NCBI GenBank assembly: GCA_036262035.1
Contig: DATAJS010000011.1
Location: forward strand, 36,826-100,825
Direction: 5' to 3'
DNA from: Burkholderiales bacterium
Lineage (GTDB): Bacteria > Pseudomonadota > Gammaproteobacteria > Burkholderiales > SG8-41
Length of the DNA stretch: 64,000 nucleotides
The notes under the pieces were generated by a model that did no database searches, was not told where the DNA came from, and saw only the letters and a list, made by a program, of their open reading frames with translations. Positions within the stretch are counted from its first letter, which is position 1. The number at the start of each line of letters is the position of its first letter. Below, one piece after another: positions 61,918-64,000 of the stretch. Both the position numbers and the translations under genes were made by a program.

Positions 61918-63435
61918 CTAGCGGCTGCCGAGGGTGGTGGCGCCTTCCCAGTCGCCGCCGAGGGCTTTCACCAGGAAGACCGCGAGGAGCAGGCGCTGGC
62001 CGTGGATCTGGCTCGCGGTGCGCTCGCCGTTGAGCAGCGCCTGCTGCGCGGTGATGACGTCGAGGTAGGTCGCGACACCGCCTTCGTAGCGCGTGTTCGC
62101 GAGGTCGAGCACGCGGCGCGCGCTGTCCACGGCCGTCAGCGACTGGTTGTACGCGCGCTCGAGCGCGGCGCCGCCGAGGATGCCGTCTTCCACCTCCTGC
62201 ATCGCCGTGAGCACGACGCGCCGGTAGTTGGCGACCGTGAGGTCGTAGCCCGCCTTGGCGAAATCGAGGTTGGCGTTCAGCCGCCCCGCGGTGAACAGCG
62301 GCTGGAGGATTGAGACGCCCAGCGACCAGATGTTGCTCGACGCATCGAAGAGATGGCCGAGGCTGTTGCTCTGGTAGCCGATCGACGGGCCGAGGACGAT
62401 GCTCGGATAGAACGCGGCCCGGGCGATGCCGATCTGCGCGTTCGCCGCGGCCATCGCGCGCTCGGCCGAAGCGACGTCCGGGCGGCGCTCGAGGATGTCG
62501 GACGGCACGCCGATCGGGATGTCGGGCGGCGGCACGCGCTTCGCGTCGGCCGCGAGCGAGAACTGCGGCGCGGGCGTGCCGGTGAGCGTCGCGATCGCGT
62601 TCTCGAACTGCGAGCGCTGGCGGCGCAGCAGGTCGAGCTGGGTCAGCGTCGCATCGATCAGCGTCTGCTGCTGCGCGACCTCGAGCCCCGAGGCGGCGCC
62701 GAGCTCGCGGCGGTTGCTGAGGAATCCGAGCGATCGGCGCTGGAGCTCGATCGACTGGTTCAGCACGTCGATCTCGATGTCGGTCTGGCGCAGGTTGAAA
62801 TACGCGTTGGCGAGATCGGTCGTCAGCAGCAGCCGCGTGTTCTCGTAGTCGGCCGCGCTCTGCTCGGACGAGGCGCGCGCGCCTTCGATCGTGCGCTGCA
62901 CACGGCCGAAGAGATCGGCTTCGTACGTGACGCCGAGCTGCAGCACGTAGTTTTCCTGGATCGTCTGGAAGTTCGGCGATCCGTAGCGCGTGAGCGGGCG
63001 GTGCGCCGAGATCCGCTCGTTCGCGATGCGCGTGCCGAAATTGACGCTCGGGAACATCGCCGAGCTCGCCGAGGCGAGGAGCGCCCGCGATTGCGCCACG
63101 CGCGCGCTCGCAGCGGCGAGCGTCGGGCTGTCGGCGAGCGATTTGCCGATCAGCGCGTCGAGCTGCGGGTCGCCGAAGCGCCGCCACCAGACCCCTTTGG
63201 GCGCGGCGTCGTTCGGCTTGCTGACGCGAAACGGCTCTTCGATCTTCCAGTTGACCGGCATGTCCACCGCCGGCTTCTTGTAGCCCGGCCAGAGGGAGCA
63301 GGAGGAGAGCAGTCCGGCCGCAGCGACGACCGCGAGAAACTTGCGAAAAAGGAAAGGAGGTTTCGGAGGGAAACCTTGGTTTCCCTCCGAGGCGTTTACC
63401 GGCCCGGCGACGGCCTCGCCATGCGAGGCCGTCAA
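61918..63435 (-). CDS. NodT-family efflux outer-membrane lipoprotein
   Basis: 505-aa ORF. TTG start overlaps the upstream TGA. Lipobox LLSSC. Two TolC-like repeats. 30-aa pre-lipobox extension. Confidence 0.88.
   Translation of the reverse strand: MTASHGEAVAGPVNASEGNQGFPPKPPFLFRKFLAVVAAAGLLSSCSLWPGYKKPAVDMPVNWKIEEPFRVSKPNDAAPKGVWWRRFGDPQLDALIGKSLADSPTLAAASARVAQSRALLASASSAMFPSVNFGTRIANERISAHRPLTRYGSPNFQTIQENYVLQLGVTYEADLFGRVQRTIEGARASSEQSAADYENTRLLLTTDLANAYFNLRQTDIEIDVLNQSIELQRRSLGFLSNRRELGAASGLEVAQQQTLIDATLTQLDLLRRQRSQFENAIATLTGTPAPQFSLAADAKRVPPPDIPIGVPSDILERRPDVASAERAMAAANAQIGIARAAFYPSIVLGPSIGYQSNSLGHLFDASSNIWSLGVSILQPLFTAGRLNANLDFAKAGYDLTVANYRRVVLTAMQEVEDGILGGAALERAYNQSLTAVDSARRVLDLANTRYEGGVATYLDVITAQQALLNGERTASQIHGQRLLLAVFLVKALGGDWEGATTLGSR
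63363..63390. repeat. perfect 13-bp-arm palindrome inside the 5' end of the NodT ORF
   Basis: TCGGAGGGAAACC-tt-GGTTTCCCTCCGA. Confidence 0.8.
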
Positions 63436-64000
63436 GATTTGCCTTTCGCCTTCTTCTCCGTGGCCGGCGCGATCGTGACCTGATCGCCGTTCGCCATCGA
63501 ATCCGGCGGGTTCAGCACGAGCTTGTCGGTCGGCGCGACGCCTTCCATCACTTCGACGTTCTCGCCGTAGTTGCGGCCGACCTTGACGGACTTGAGATGC
63601 ACGCGCGATTCCGCGTCCACCACTGCGACGCGCATCCCTTCGCCCCGGATGAGCAGGGCGTTGGTCGGGATCGTCATCGCCTTGCTCGCGGCGAGCGGCA
63701 GCAGCACCTGCACGTACGCGCCCGGCAGCAGCACGCCGTCCCTGTTCGGCAGGGTCACTTCGATCTGCATGGTGCGCGTCGCCGGATCGATCGCGGCGGC
63801 GGTGCGCGCGACCTGTCCCTTGAAGCGCTGGCCGCGCAGCTCCGACTGCTCGATCGTCACTTCCTGTCCGGATTTCACGAGCTGCGAATACGCCTGCGGC
63901 ACGTTGACGTAGACGCGCAGCGGATCGGTCTGCGCGAGCACGAACATCATGCGGGCCGCGCCGCCGCCCGCGTCGATGAGGTCGCCGACGTCGACGTTGC
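63432..64000 (-). CDS. RND-type efflux periplasmic adaptor (membrane-fusion protein), C-terminal part; gene continues past the window end
   Basis: The frame is open to 64000 (...NVDVGDLIDAGGGAARMMFVLAQTDPLRVYVNVPQ...). Beta-barrel and MP-domain-like C-terminus. Confidence 0.85.
   Translation of the reverse strand, partial: NVDVGDLIDAGGGAARMMFVLAQTDPLRVYVNVPQAYSQLVKSGQEVTIEQSELRGQRFKGQVARTAAAIDPATRTMQIEVTLPNRDGVLLPGAYVQVLLPLAASKAMTIPTNALLIRGEGMRVAVVDAESRVHLKSVKVGRNYGENVEVMEGVAPTDKLVLNPPDSMANGDQVTIAPATEKKAKGKS

Noticed and set aside
60182-63187. 1001-aa minus-strand ORF spanning the sigma, Cys-rich and NodT region in another frame
   Set aside because: It is extremely Arg/Pro/Ala-biased and overlaps three well-supported genes on the same strand in a different frame. 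It is a GC-driven open frame, not a gene.
60274-64000. Flagellar or chemotaxis locus implied by the FliA-type sigma and FliB-like protein
   Set aside because: No flagellin, hook, basal-body, motor, FlgM or che genes occur in the window. The neighbours are efflux and catabolic genes, so I report it as an atypical context instead.
1-64000. Genomic island or mobile element boundaries, prophage, defence systems, toxin-antitoxin pairs
   Set aside because: No integrase, transposase, tRNA attachment site, flanking long direct repeats, phage structural genes or known defence-gene motifs were recognised. The REP-like repeats are non-autonomous and intergenic.

Overview
Very GC-rich, densely coding bacterial chromosomal segment with about 60 protein genes, many joined by 1-4 nt overlaps. 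I found no rRNA, tRNA, CRISPR, transposase, integrase, phage or recognisable defence or toxin-antitoxin genes. It is an accessory catabolic region of the kind seen in Bug-rich Betaproteobacteria (Burkholderiales-like; this taxonomic call is inference only). Contents: 13 Bug/TctC-type periplasmic solute-binding proteins with no TctA/TctB partner in the window; 4 family III CoA-transferase genes (one a fused double); 4 enoyl-CoA hydratases; 2 DUF35 + thiolase-like pairs; 5 MmgE/PrpD paralogues; 3 PF04909-type amidohydrolases; several lactonase-type hydrolases; SDRs; a GMC oxidoreductase; a cytoplasmic Cys-type sulfatase; an arylamine N-acetyltransferase; a B12-binding-type radical SAM protein; and two CysB-like LysR regulators. 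The 3' end holds a FliA-type sigma factor, a CxxCxxCC (YkgJ/FliB-like) protein, a NodT outer-membrane lipoprotein and a truncated RND-type adaptor. Points worth a second look: (1) the non-flagellar sigma28-like factor, which has an exact GCCGATAA -10 element upstream and a FliB-like Cys-rich partner; (2) the array of five PrpD paralogues, including a repeated Bug-PrpD-SDR cassette with identical TGACATG junctions; (3) single-chain fusions of normally oligomeric enzymes (a triple RidA and a double CoA-transferase with an apparently degenerate second active site); (4) a ~45-nt REP-like repeat family (12 units at 7 loci), one copy of which is embedded in the 5' coding region and signal peptide of a Bug gene; (5) inverted 9-bp tandem arrays bracketing another Bug start codon. 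All functional calls rest on motif and family recognition by eye. No database search or folding computation was possible. Start codons are chosen from SD spacing and are less certain than stops.
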